A DNA stretch of 64,000 nucleotides from a virus: positions 1 through 64,000 of IMG/VR virus record IMGVR_UViG_3300019757_000003; one strand, given 5' to 3'. A model generated the notes under the pieces. That model was not told where the DNA came from. It did not search any database and was given only the letters and a program-made list of their open reading frames with translations. A program made the position numbers and the translations under genes. Positions 54,517 through 64,000 of the stretch are shown here, piece after piece. How positions within the stretch are numbered: position 1 is the first letter of the stretch; the number at the start of each line of letters is the position of its first letter.

Positions 54517-56150
54517 ACTATGCAATGCAATACAAATTAAATAAAGGAAAACGATAATGGCTAATTGGTCAGATTTATACTTCAAAGTAGAAGTAACAAA
54601 CAAGAGAAGATTCAAGAAATTCTGGAAAAAGAACGATATGTGGAGTAATCCTATATCAGTAGACACATTAGAATTTAAAGGAAATGTAGCAACTATACAT
54701 GGAGATGGTAGATGGGGAGTAGGAGTAGAAGCTATAGAAGATTTACCATTTGTAGTAGAAGTACTAGATTACTATGAGAGTGAAGGTGGATGTGATTTCT
54801 ACAATGAGTTGACTGGTAGATACGACTATTTCTCAGAACCTATGATTTTAAACTATGGTGTTGAATATGCCATAGATAACTATGAACAATGTTTTGAAAG
54901 TAAAGAAGATTGTTTAAAAGAGATTGCTTTAGTAGAAAAAGTTGACAATATGCTATATCCAGATGATCCATTAGAAGAAGATTGGTGGGAAGTTTGGATT
55001 ATATAAAGGAGAAAAGGAAATAACATGTGGATATTACAATATGAAGCGAACGAATACAATCAACAAGGGTTTTACTCTACTACAGCATGGGTAAATAAAC
55101 CTACTTTAGCAGAATTAGCAGGAAGACCCCTAGAAGAGCTAGATGAAGCTGCAGTAATTAGAGTAGTTAATTTACATCAAGGTAAGGAAATAGACCGTGA
55201 AAGATTGATAGAGACAGAACCTAATGGTACAATCCCTTATTAATTTTTTTAGAAAAAAAAACAACTAAATAAAAGGAAAAAGATGACATTAGCAGAATTT
55301 AATGAGTTATACGAGAAGACAGCAAAAGAAGAGAAAGAGAAGTACGAGTTTGAAAAAGAACAGTATACTAAAGGTATTTTTACTGAAGAGTTTAAATCTT
55401 ATGACTTCCCTTTTAAAATAAAAACAACAATTAGTTCAGAAGATTTAGTAGATGTAGAACCCATTGAGGCAATAAAATACATACAAGAGTTCCTAGGAGA
55501 AGTAGGCAATTGTACAGACCTTAAGATTGGTGATGTACAACAAGACAGTGAAATAGATAACTATGAGAGTGACTTCGCTAGTGAGCTACAGTCCCTACAC
55601 TACTACCAGGATATTGAAAGATTTGATTATAAATTAGATATAGTTAGACATACTAATAGAGTATTTAAAAGTAAAATTACTAAACTACTAAAACCTAAAG
55701 GTGAGTTTGCCACACTGATAATAGAGTGTAAATTTCTACAACTATACAAAAATGGTATTTTAGACTGGAAAGAACTCCAGAACCTAGTGTACTCAAATTG
55801 CAGTATATAAAGGATAGCAATGAACAAGTGTCTATACTGTACAGATAAACAAGAATCTACTCATTTTATGTGTGCTAGATGTGGAGATGGTATGTGTGAT
55901 AGTTGCTATGATAGTGAAAAAGAACACGATATACACTACAACAATCCACATGAAGTCTCACCAGAGCTAAGAGAGCTTAAATGGTATGTAGACTATTTGT
56001 GCGAAGACTGTTTTAAAAGTATAGTGATAACAAAAGAGAAATATAAAGGATAGCAATGGAAAAATACTACACTAACTCATGGAAATTGTAATCTTTGATT
56101 GTGTTACTACCTCCCAACAAGGAGGTAAATAATACAAAACAAGGATAGAT

Positions 56151-57152
56151 ATGGTTAACATATTCCAAAAACCTAATATAGCAAAAGAGACAGATTTAAC
56201 AAGATATACTTTTGATGAGTCTAAAATACCTAAATGGATTGCACTAAGCTACATAAATCTAGCAGAGAAAGCTTATTCTGGTAAAAGAGAACTCAATAGA
56301 ATCTCAACTACAGAATTTAGTGGTAGTGATAAACAGATATTACTAGGTCAGAGAAGACTACAAAACCCTTACAAAGTTGATGTGAATGTACTGAATTTAC
56401 AAAACAGTGTACATGGTAGTATCTTACATGAGGCTATACTAGGTGTTGAACCAGATAGGAAAGAGAAAAAGATAGGTAAGTGGACTATAAGTGGTGGTGC
56501 AGATAGAATAGAAGATGGAGTAGTTTATGATTTGAAGAATACTTCAGTTTACTCAGGTAAAGATTTATTTAGAGAATTAGACTTATGTACAGACTACTAT
56601 GATTTATCACTAGAAGACTTATATGAACTCTACCCTAGTATCTTTAAATTCTTAAGTCAATTATCAATTTATAGTTGGTTATATGACCTAAAATCTGAAG
56701 TAGGGTACATTACATTTATATTTAACAATTGGAGCTTCAAAGATAAGACTACTATACCAGGTAAAAATATGGAAGTAGAATTTAGATTAGCTAGTCATAG
56801 TAAAGTAGAAGAATACTTAACTAAAAGACTTGAAAGAATAGAAGCTTACCAAGAAAGTGGTTACTTACCTCAATGTAATAGTAATACTACTGGAGCTAAA
56901 TCTTCATCAGTATATAAAATAGTTAAACCAGGAAGCACTAACAAACGAGCAATAAATGGTTCTGGTGGAAGCCACAACACTTTACAAGCAGCATCCCAAG
57001 CACAGACTGCATTAAATGTTTACTCTGAGATATTAGAGGTAAAGAGTAACTCAGAACCTACGCTATGCCTACAGTACTGTCAGTATAATACTGAAATAAA
57101 CGGGATACCTGTGTGCATACAAGGTCAACAGATTAAACAAGAACATCAATAA
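56151..57152 (+). CDS. PD-(D/E)XK nuclease (Cas4/RecB-like; N4 gp42-like)
   Basis: HGSILHEAI, ISGGADRI, YDLKNTS, QLSIYSWL; C-terminal Cys residues. Confidence 0.75.
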   Translation: MVNIFQKPNIAKETDLTRYTFDESKIPKWIALSYINLAEKAYSGKRELNRISTTEFSGSDKQILLGQRRLQNPYKVDVNVLNLQNSVHGSILHEAILGVEPDRKEKKIGKWTISGGADRIEDGVVYDLKNTSVYSGKDLFRELDLCTDYYDLSLEDLYELYPSIFKFLSQLSIYSWLYDLKSEVGYITFIFNNWSFKDKTTIPGKNMEVEFRLASHSKVEEYLTKRLERIEAYQESGYLPQCNSNTTGAKSSSVYKIVKPGSTNKRAINGSGGSHNTLQAASQAQTALNVYSEILEVKSNSEPTLCLQYCQYNTEINGIPVCIQGQQIKQEHQ

Positions 57153-57162
57153 AGGAGTATAA

Positions 57163-59883
57163 ATCAAGAAAGTTATAAAACAGAAACCAAAATTTAACAG
57201 AACATCTAACATAGAACAACTATTTAGCACTTTTAAACGTAGGTATCCTAAAGGATTACAACCAGACTCTACTAATATAGTAGATGACGGTAGTGGTATA
57301 GACTTGCATAAATTGGATATAGAAGACCAGATAGCTACTGTAAGAGCTCAATTCTTAAATGTAAAAGTTTGGTTAGTTGAAACTGATGAAGATTTAACTA
57401 AAGTACTTAAACATAGTGAAAAATACAAATACATAGCATATGATACTGAAACTACATCTATAGATAAAGCTAAAACAGTACCAAATGTTATTATGTGGTC
57501 TTTAGCAGTTAAAGCTAATGAAGCTTTCATTGTACCTTATAAGTTTAACAAGAGGCTGTTTGAATGGATTACTACTACAGATAAAAACATTGTTGTACAG
57601 AATGGTGGATTTGATAATAGAATTGTACACTGGAATACAGGTAAGCATATCAAAAATGCTCAAGATTTATTGGGTATAAGTTATGTAATGTTGAACGACA
57701 GTGTATTGACACCTAGTATATCTCTGAAAACTGTAGCTAAAAAAGATTATGGTATGTGGTCTGAAAAAGGTGGAAGTTACGATATTACTGATTTACAGTA
57801 CAGTGACGTAGACAATGTAGATTTACAATACTATGCTGGAATTGATGCTATGAGTTTATCACACTCTTTTTCTAAATATATAACTGAATTGGAAGCTACA
57901 GAATCAGTAGAGATAGAGAATGTTCTACCTGCTAGTCTACCTAAAGATAGAGGGTACACAAGAATGTGGTTCTACAAGAATGTGGCTATGAAACTACTAC
58001 CTATTACTATAGAGTTCATGAACAATGGACTTCCATTGGACTTAGACCAAGTACATAAACTTGATACACACTTAGACGATATTTTAGAAGAAGCTGAGAA
58101 TGGTGTTAGAAAGCTAGAAACAGTCAAAACCTATTGGGAGAACTTAAGAAGTAGTAAAGCCTCTGAAGCCTCTTCTAAGTACCTAGAAACAGTAGATATA
58201 GATAATGTAAAGATATATAAATCTACTAATCAAGATTACATAAATCTATTTGTAGAGACATTATATAAAGATAAAGTATTACCAAGTAAAGCTAAGAATT
58301 GGTCAGCTACAGTTGTTAAGACATTTGACCCTACACTAGCTCAGGCAATTAAAGATAAAGACCTTGAAAGACTACGTTCACTCTATCCTTACGACTGTGT
58401 TTTTATACAAGTGGAAGGTCATTTAGGTAGAGTAGCAAAGTTAAAAAAGTTCAAAAAATCTCAAGAAACGGCTAAAAACCAAGTATCTAAAGTTATGCTA
58501 GACTTTGAGTTTAATCCACTAGGTTCATCTCAACAAAAGAAGTTTATCTTACAAAAAGGATTTGGTATTAAATCAAATACTAAATCTATGACTACAGGAG
58601 AAGATAGTTTCAATAGAGCTGAATTAGAAAGATTACAGAAAGAAGTACAAGAAGGTACAGAGTTGCACACTTACTTGACACACTTACTAACCTATAGTGG
58701 TGGAGCAATTATAAAGAAAAACTTTGTTAAAAACTTCCTAGCTCACAGTACTGATGATAGTAGGATTCACAGTTCAGTTAGATTATTTGCAACTAAGACA
58801 TTTAGATTAGGTGGTGGTGGAAAAGTTAACTTACTAGCATTGCCTAGTTCACGTTCACCATTCAGTAAGCCTGTAAAGAAGTGTATTGCTGTACCTAGTG
58901 ATGATTGGGTCTGGATTGGATCAGATTACCAAGCTTTAGAAGTTTCAGCGAATGCCTCTATAACACAAGACCCCACTCTAGTTAAAATGCTTGATGAAGG
59001 CTTTGATATGCACTGCAATAACAGTGCAGCTTACTTTAAAGAGGAAATTGAAGCAATATTAAGTGTAAATGATGGATCTATAGACTGGAATAAGAACTAT
59101 AAGAAAGAGACATTTAATAATCCTAGACTAGATAAACTGAGAAGTAACTCAAAAGCTATTACCTTCTCACTTCAATATTTGAGTGGTATACCAGGTTTAT
59201 ACAAAGCCGTAGGATACTTAGGAGATGTGTACGAAGATAGAGTAAAGATAGATACGGACACATACAAATTTACATTTGATGTTAAGTCTAATGGTGACTA
59301 CTATGTCGCTAATCAAAATGCTAAATGGTACAGTATTGATAACTATTTAGAAATAGTGACAGATACAGAATTACTAGAGTTCTTTAGAGTAGCTGTATTT
59401 CCAGCATATACTATGCACTACAGATACCACAATGAATTGTATTATGGTTCAAAAGAGTATAGAGACAAAGTTATTGTACCTCAAGTAAAGAAGCATAAGA
59501 ACCTACATATGGGATTGGGTGCATACATAAATCAAACTAGGAGACTTAACAATGGATCTATTAGAAGCTTATGGAATGCGGGCTTCCAGTTCTGGAGTTT
59601 ATTGCCTTTAATAGCTTTAACAAAGTTTATGAAAATAGTGAGAGAAAAAGGGTATGATAATGATGTAAAACCTATCATATCTATCTACGATTCAGTATAT
59701 TTACTTGTCAGAAATGATAAAGAGATAATAAAATGGGTTGCAGAAACATTACAACCTATATTGGAAGCACAGTATCTAATAGACCAACCAATACCACTAG
59801 TGAGTGATATAGAAATATCCACAACTAATTGGGCTGAATTTATAAGCTATAAAGAGTGGCTAGAAACAACTGTAAGTGATTAG
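57163..59883 (+). CDS. polA: family A DNA polymerase with 3'-5' exonuclease
   Basis: ExoI YDTETT, ExoII QNGGFD, ExoIII YAGIDA; motif A SDYQALEV, motif B RSNSKAITFSLQY, motif C SIYDSV. The frame is open from ATC 57163, 5 nt after AAGGAG; the ORF track starts at TTG 57304. Confidence 0.88.
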   Translation: MKKVIKQKPKFNRTSNIEQLFSTFKRRYPKGLQPDSTNIVDDGSGIDLHKLDIEDQIATVRAQFLNVKVWLVETDEDLTKVLKHSEKYKYIAYDTETTSIDKAKTVPNVIMWSLAVKANEAFIVPYKFNKRLFEWITTTDKNIVVQNGGFDNRIVHWNTGKHIKNAQDLLGISYVMLNDSVLTPSISLKTVAKKDYGMWSEKGGSYDITDLQYSDVDNVDLQYYAGIDAMSLSHSFSKYITELEATESVEIENVLPASLPKDRGYTRMWFYKNVAMKLLPITIEFMNNGLPLDLDQVHKLDTHLDDILEEAENGVRKLETVKTYWENLRSSKASEASSKYLETVDIDNVKIYKSTNQDYINLFVETLYKDKVLPSKAKNWSATVVKTFDPTLAQAIKDKDLERLRSLYPYDCVFIQVEGHLGRVAKLKKFKKSQETAKNQVSKVMLDFEFNPLGSSQQKKFILQKGFGIKSNTKSMTTGEDSFNRAELERLQKEVQEGTELHTYLTHLLTYSGGAIIKKNFVKNFLAHSTDDSRIHSSVRLFATKTFRLGGGGKVNLLALPSSRSPFSKPVKKCIAVPSDDWVWIGSDYQALEVSANASITQDPTLVKMLDEGFDMHCNNSAAYFKEEIEAILSVNDGSIDWNKNYKKETFNNPRLDKLRSNSKAITFSLQYLSGIPGLYKAVGYLGDVYEDRVKIDTDTYKFTFDVKSNGDYYVANQNAKWYSIDNYLEIVTDTELLEFFRVAVFPAYTMHYRYHNELYYGSKEYRDKVIVPQVKKHKNLHMGLGAYINQTRRLNNGSIRSLWNAGFQFWSLLPLIALTKFMKIVREKGYDNDVKPIISIYDSVYLLVRNDKEIIKWVAETLQPILEAQYLIDQPIPLVSDIEISTTNWAEFISYKEWLETTVSD

Positions 59884-60639
59884 AAATTAACAAATAAGGT
59901 TTCACTTACAAAAAAAACAATAAAGGACAACAATGAAAGACAAAGAACTAATACTAAAGAAAGGATACACTATAAAAGTAGTATCTTGGGAAGATGATGG
60001 AGACAACTATAAAACACAAGAAGTGAATACACAGTCTATAGAAGATTTAAAGTACTTTATAGATATTTGTGATTTCTGCAGTGAGACAGATAATGGAACT
60101 TCAATAGCTAATGAGTATAGCTACTCTCCTAATGACAAGCAGAGAGAAGCTATAATCAACCTTCTTAACAAACACAATATCACTATTGATAAAGATTATG
60201 AGGATTTAGACGTATTCTTTGCACAAGCGCAAGCACTTCTAGGGTACTCAGAGTACTACTTAACTAGAGTATGTGATAGCTACACAGTAGTGCATTCAGA
60301 TGTAGATATATACGCTAAAAAGGTTGATGTAAGTCAACTGTAAGCACTCTTAATTGAGTGCAACCAAATTAAAGGAGAAGAATGAAAACTGAACATGATA
60401 AACTAGACGTAACTGAGGATACTTACAGTTTCTTTTTATTCACACAATTGTACCTACTACGAAGACAAAATAATACAGAATATGATTTACTGTACTTAGA
60501 GATAAGAAAAGACTTTGTAAAATTCATAAATAGTACCTACAATACAGGTGACTATGGATTATACGAATGTATAGAACAGTACTTAGAAAACAGTGAATAA
60601 GTACAAAAGTCCTACAAAAAAAATTAAAAAAGGAGACGG

Positions 60640-63048
60640 ATGTCATTTGATGAGACAAAATTAGATGAAGAATTAGATAGTATTGATTTTTCATCAGAGG
60701 AAGGTATTGAAAAGATAGAAGAGGCTAAAACCTTACTACCACTTCATTACGAGAACCTAACAAATACGATAGGAGGTGCAATAGGAACAGATTTCAACCC
60801 TGAGAGACTCACACCAAATATACAGAAAATGTTAAAGGTATTTGAACTTGAAGCACCAGCATTAGGTACACAAACTAATGTAATGGTAGCGTCAATGGCT
60901 TATGCTAACACATTTGGTAAGTTCAGACCCTATATAAGAGACGTATTAGTATCTAAGAAAACTGACATCCCAACCAACATATTTACACTTAACTTTCAAG
61001 GTAGTGGAGATGGTAAAGATAAGTCATTTGATTTAGGTACAGAAATACTAAAAGAAGCTGATACTATGGTACTTGACCAAATGGAAGTATTAGCAGAAGA
61101 AAAAGCTAAAAGAATAGCTATTAAAATCAATAACGATAAACAGCTAAAAAATAATGTTCCTAAAGATAAACTAGTTACAGATGACACAGGTTGGGCTCAA
61201 TATATTGTTAAACCTAACTCTGGAATCATTAAAATGGCTACTTATGAAGGACTGTTGGCAGAAGCTGAAATTATAATGAAAAGTAGTGACTTAGGTAACT
61301 TGTTTGTTGCTATGTCTGAATTAGGTAATAGTTTAAAACTAGACCCTAGTATTGACAGATTACTGATGATTATGGCAGAATTGTATGATATGGGTAAAGC
61401 TCCTGAGGACTTGAAAAAGACTAAAGAATTGAAGACTGGTGCAATTGAAGGACTAGCTCCTTCTATGTTAGCACATACTTCACCAAATATTATACTAAAA
61501 GATGCTAAATTAGCTGAGAAGTTTATTATGATAATTGAGTCTTACTTTGGTAGGAGAGCTTACATATTCTTTACTGAAGCATTGGAGACTATTCAAAAGA
61601 TAGAGTTAGATACTGATATTGATGAACAAGTTAGGAAAATGCAAAGTAGTACTCATAAAACAGTTTCGGATATTAGAGAACTAGAAACTACAGCTACTGC
61701 TAGTGTAAAAAGATTATTAGATGGCACAGACTTAGAAAGAATAACATTAACAGATGATGCTCAAGCACTTTATGGTAAATACTTTTTAATTAATAAATAC
61801 TATAGAAAACTAGCATATATGTTAAATGAGGACTTTCAAGGTAGTGGTCTTCTAGTAGAACTTACAAACAGACATTGGAAAGCTATCAAATTAGCTGGTA
61901 TTTGGGCTTTAGCAGAGAATACGAGTGAGATTACATTAGAAATACTTTCTAGTGCTATCTACTTCACAGAATATACTGGTAAAGGTCTTAGAAAGCTTAT
62001 GAGCATGGTAAACCTAGAAGTACATGAGAGATTTGTTAAAGGTATCTTAGATGGTGACATTAAGAATAGTATTAGATTTGATACTTTAATCAAGAAAGCA
62101 TTTATTAGAAAAGCTGACAAAATACAAATTACTAATCTATTAGTAGCAGTGAATTCTGCCCTACAAGGTAAAGCTGTAGTTGTAGCTGATTACAAAGAAT
62201 CTCTACTCACAATAGACCTTATCAAAGAAGCTGAAGGTAAATATGGTTTCTCGTACATTAAATTCCCTAAGGGTACTTCTAAAGAAGACAGAAGAAGTAA
62301 AGCCTATAAAGGGTTCAAGTACTATAGAAATGACCTACATATGCTGAAAAAACTACTAACACAAGACTGTGCTTATTCACCATTTAAGTTTAAAGGTGGT
62401 TATAGAAAAGACGATAATATAGACTCTACTACTAATTACATAGTATTAGATGTAGATAAGTCTGAGCTAGATATGGAACTACTACATAAGACTTACTTAA
62501 GTGGTACTCTACATATTATAGGCACTACATCTGATCCTGAGAACAAATTCAAGTTTAGGGTAATAATACCAGTAAAACAACAAATAGGTGATAATAATGC
62601 AGTATATAAGTATGTAACACAGAGAATTGCTGATGAATTGATGTTAGACATAGACCTTTTAGGTAGAAGTCAAGTAATGTTTGGGTATAATGGTGGTTCT
62701 ACTTTAGACAACATAGATACTGGGTTGCAACCTATGGATATATCAGAATTCATCAAAGATGCAGCTACTAAAGTTCCTTCAAGAACCTACACAACAAAAC
62801 TAACAAAAGCTCAACAAACAAAAGCTCAAGCAGATATGGAACATGACTTTGAAACTATATTTAATTTTGCTATTTATGCACCAGTAGGCAATAGAAATTT
62901 ATCTACTTGGATAGCAGGTAGAAAGATGAAACAAGCAGGATGTGACCATAGAACAATAACATTACTAATAAACAAAATTAATAGTGCTAGAAATTCACCT
63001 ATCGCATCTAAAGATATTAGATATATTATAGGTCAAATGGTAGACTAA
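60640..63048 (+). CDS. DNA primase with N-terminal P-loop (DUF3987-like) domain and C-terminal AEP/PriCT region (N4 gp43-like)
   Basis: QGSGDGKD, ATYEGL, MSELG; YSPFKF, IVLDVD, HIIGTT, KFRVIIP, GNRN. Confidence 0.7.
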   Translation: MSFDETKLDEELDSIDFSSEEGIEKIEEAKTLLPLHYENLTNTIGGAIGTDFNPERLTPNIQKMLKVFELEAPALGTQTNVMVASMAYANTFGKFRPYIRDVLVSKKTDIPTNIFTLNFQGSGDGKDKSFDLGTEILKEADTMVLDQMEVLAEEKAKRIAIKINNDKQLKNNVPKDKLVTDDTGWAQYIVKPNSGIIKMATYEGLLAEAEIIMKSSDLGNLFVAMSELGNSLKLDPSIDRLLMIMAELYDMGKAPEDLKKTKELKTGAIEGLAPSMLAHTSPNIILKDAKLAEKFIMIIESYFGRRAYIFFTEALETIQKIELDTDIDEQVRKMQSSTHKTVSDIRELETTATASVKRLLDGTDLERITLTDDAQALYGKYFLINKYYRKLAYMLNEDFQGSGLLVELTNRHWKAIKLAGIWALAENTSEITLEILSSAIYFTEYTGKGLRKLMSMVNLEVHERFVKGILDGDIKNSIRFDTLIKKAFIRKADKIQITNLLVAVNSALQGKAVVVADYKESLLTIDLIKEAEGKYGFSYIKFPKGTSKEDRRSKAYKGFKYYRNDLHMLKKLLTQDCAYSPFKFKGGYRKDDNIDSTTNYIVLDVDKSELDMELLHKTYLSGTLHIIGTTSDPENKFKFRVIIPVKQQIGDNNAVYKYVTQRIADELMLDIDLLGRSQVMFGYNGGSTLDNIDTGLQPMDISEFIKDAATKVPSRTYTTKLTKAQQTKAQADMEHDFETIFNFAIYAPVGNRNLSTWIAGRKMKQAGCDHRTITLLINKINSARNSPIASKDIRYIIGQMVD

Positions 63049-63064
63049 ACAAACAAGGATATAA

Positions 63065-64000
63065 ATGAAAGAAAAGACAGATATAGTAGTAATTAGCCTC
63101 TTCGATGGATTAAGTGGTGCTCGTCTAGCTTTAGATGAAGTAGAACACCTAAATATATTGAGGTACTACTCTAGTGAAATAGATAAGTACGCAATACAAG
63201 TAGCAGACAATAATTACCCACAAGATACAGAGTATAGACTAGGGTCAGTAGTAGACATTGATACTGATAAGCTATTAGCAGAGATACATGAAGACTTTGG
63301 TCCAGATGTAAAGATTCTACTAGTTGGAGGTAGTCCTTGTCAAGGGTTCTCTATGGCTGGTAAACTAAAAGGTTCATCTACAAAAGAGGGTATTGATGTA
63401 ACAGAACTAGAACAATACCTAGATTTGAAGGAGCAAGACTTTGAATTTGATGGACAATCCTATTTATTTTGGGAGTACATTAGAATTAAAGAGGCTATTC
63501 AACCAGATTATTGGCTATTGGAAAATGTTAGGGTAACTAAAAAGTGGTTACCAATGTTCAATAAAGCTACTGGTGTAGAACCAGTGTTCATTAATAGTGA
63601 AGTTCTATCAGCACAATCAAGACCTAGGTTTTATTGGTCTAACATAGCTATAGAACAGCCAATAAATAAAGGTATCCTAATAAGAGACATACTACTAGAT
63701 CTACCTATGGATAAGCCTCTTACTCCATTTATGTCAGGTGAATTTGATGGAGTTAGTAGATTAGACAAAGGCATATTCAATTTTACAGATTTACCAAAAG
63801 GAATGTGTCAAACAGTTGGTAGTGGTCATGGGAATAAGTACTTAATCAGTAGACCTTGTGAAATGTTACCAAAGAAAAAGAATAGTACTCACGTAGCAGA
63901 TGCTGCTGATATTAAAGGTAACGAGAGCATTAAACGAGTCTACTCTATAGATGGAAAGTCACCGACTGTAACTACTCAACAAGGTGGTCATAGAGAGGTT
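63065..64000 (+). CDS. C5 cytosine DNA methyltransferase (partial, runs off the right edge)
   Basis: ISLFDGLSG (motif I), SSEIDKYA, GGSPCQGFS (motif IV), LLENV (VI), QSRPRFYW (VIII). Confidence 0.9.
   Translation, partial: MKEKTDIVVISLFDGLSGARLALDEVEHLNILRYYSSEIDKYAIQVADNNYPQDTEYRLGSVVDIDTDKLLAEIHEDFGPDVKILLVGGSPCQGFSMAGKLKGSSTKEGIDVTELEQYLDLKEQDFEFDGQSYLFWEYIRIKEAIQPDYWLLENVRVTKKWLPMFNKATGVEPVFINSEVLSAQSRPRFYWSNIAIEQPINKGILIRDILLDLPMDKPLTPFMSGEFDGVSRLDKGIFNFTDLPKGMCQTVGSGHGNKYLISRPCEMLPKKKNSTHVADAADIKGNESIKRVYSIDGKSPTVTTQQGGHREV

Noticed and set aside
2884-61187. Many short ORFs antisense to long genes (e.g. 2884-3090, 6851-7180, 30742-31038, 60996-61187)
   Set aside because: Shadow frames of real genes; no RBS and Ser/Leu/Phe-rich composition
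1-64000. CRISPR array, reverse transcriptase/DGR, integrase, or stop-codon reassignment
   Set aside because: No regularly spaced repeats and no RT or recombinase motifs seen; long genes are intact under the standard code, with TAA, TAG and TGA all used as stops

Overview
AT-rich dsDNA phage genome segment; no host housekeeping genes, integrase, CRISPR array or reverse transcriptase were seen. Bases 1-5232 (- strand) hold a late/packaging block: two Ala/Ser-rich tail-fibre-like genes, an N4-like (Schitoviridae-type) large terminase and a gp69-like gene. Three genes in this block are preceded by an identical TGGTATAAT extended -10 box. The strand switches at about 5.3 kb, probably the genome end. 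Bases 5491-64000 (+ strand) form one long early/middle region. It starts with a nucleotidyltransferase and an unsplit T7-type single-subunit RNA polymerase, followed by about 100 small accessory ORFs with AAGGA ribosome-binding sites. It also carries an RHH+ParB-N cassette, DUF262, an HD/alarmone-hydrolase-like protein, SspB-like, Srd-like, a MoxR AAA+/vWA pair, a second AAA ATPase, VRR-NUC, Dps-like, SF2 and SF1 helicases, Thg1, an ART/Tpt1-like protein, an RNA ligase, a PD-(D/E)XK nuclease, family A DNA polymerase, a primase/ATPase and a C5 DNA methyltransferase. The AAGGA and TGnTATAAT signals suggest a Campylobacterota host (inference). The most striking unexplained signals are: (1) five small proteins of three different types interleaved with the MoxR/vWA pair, all ending in the peptide [P/S]KF[N/K]YYI[K/R] with mostly synonymous DNA variation; (2) several tRNA-shaped RNAs with aberrant anticodon arms, in a genome encoding RNA end-editing/repair enzymes; (3) tandem covarying hairpins with conserved loops just after the RNAP gene; (4) His in place of the conserved Tyr in RNAP motif B. 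All protein family calls are by motif recognition; no database searches were run.
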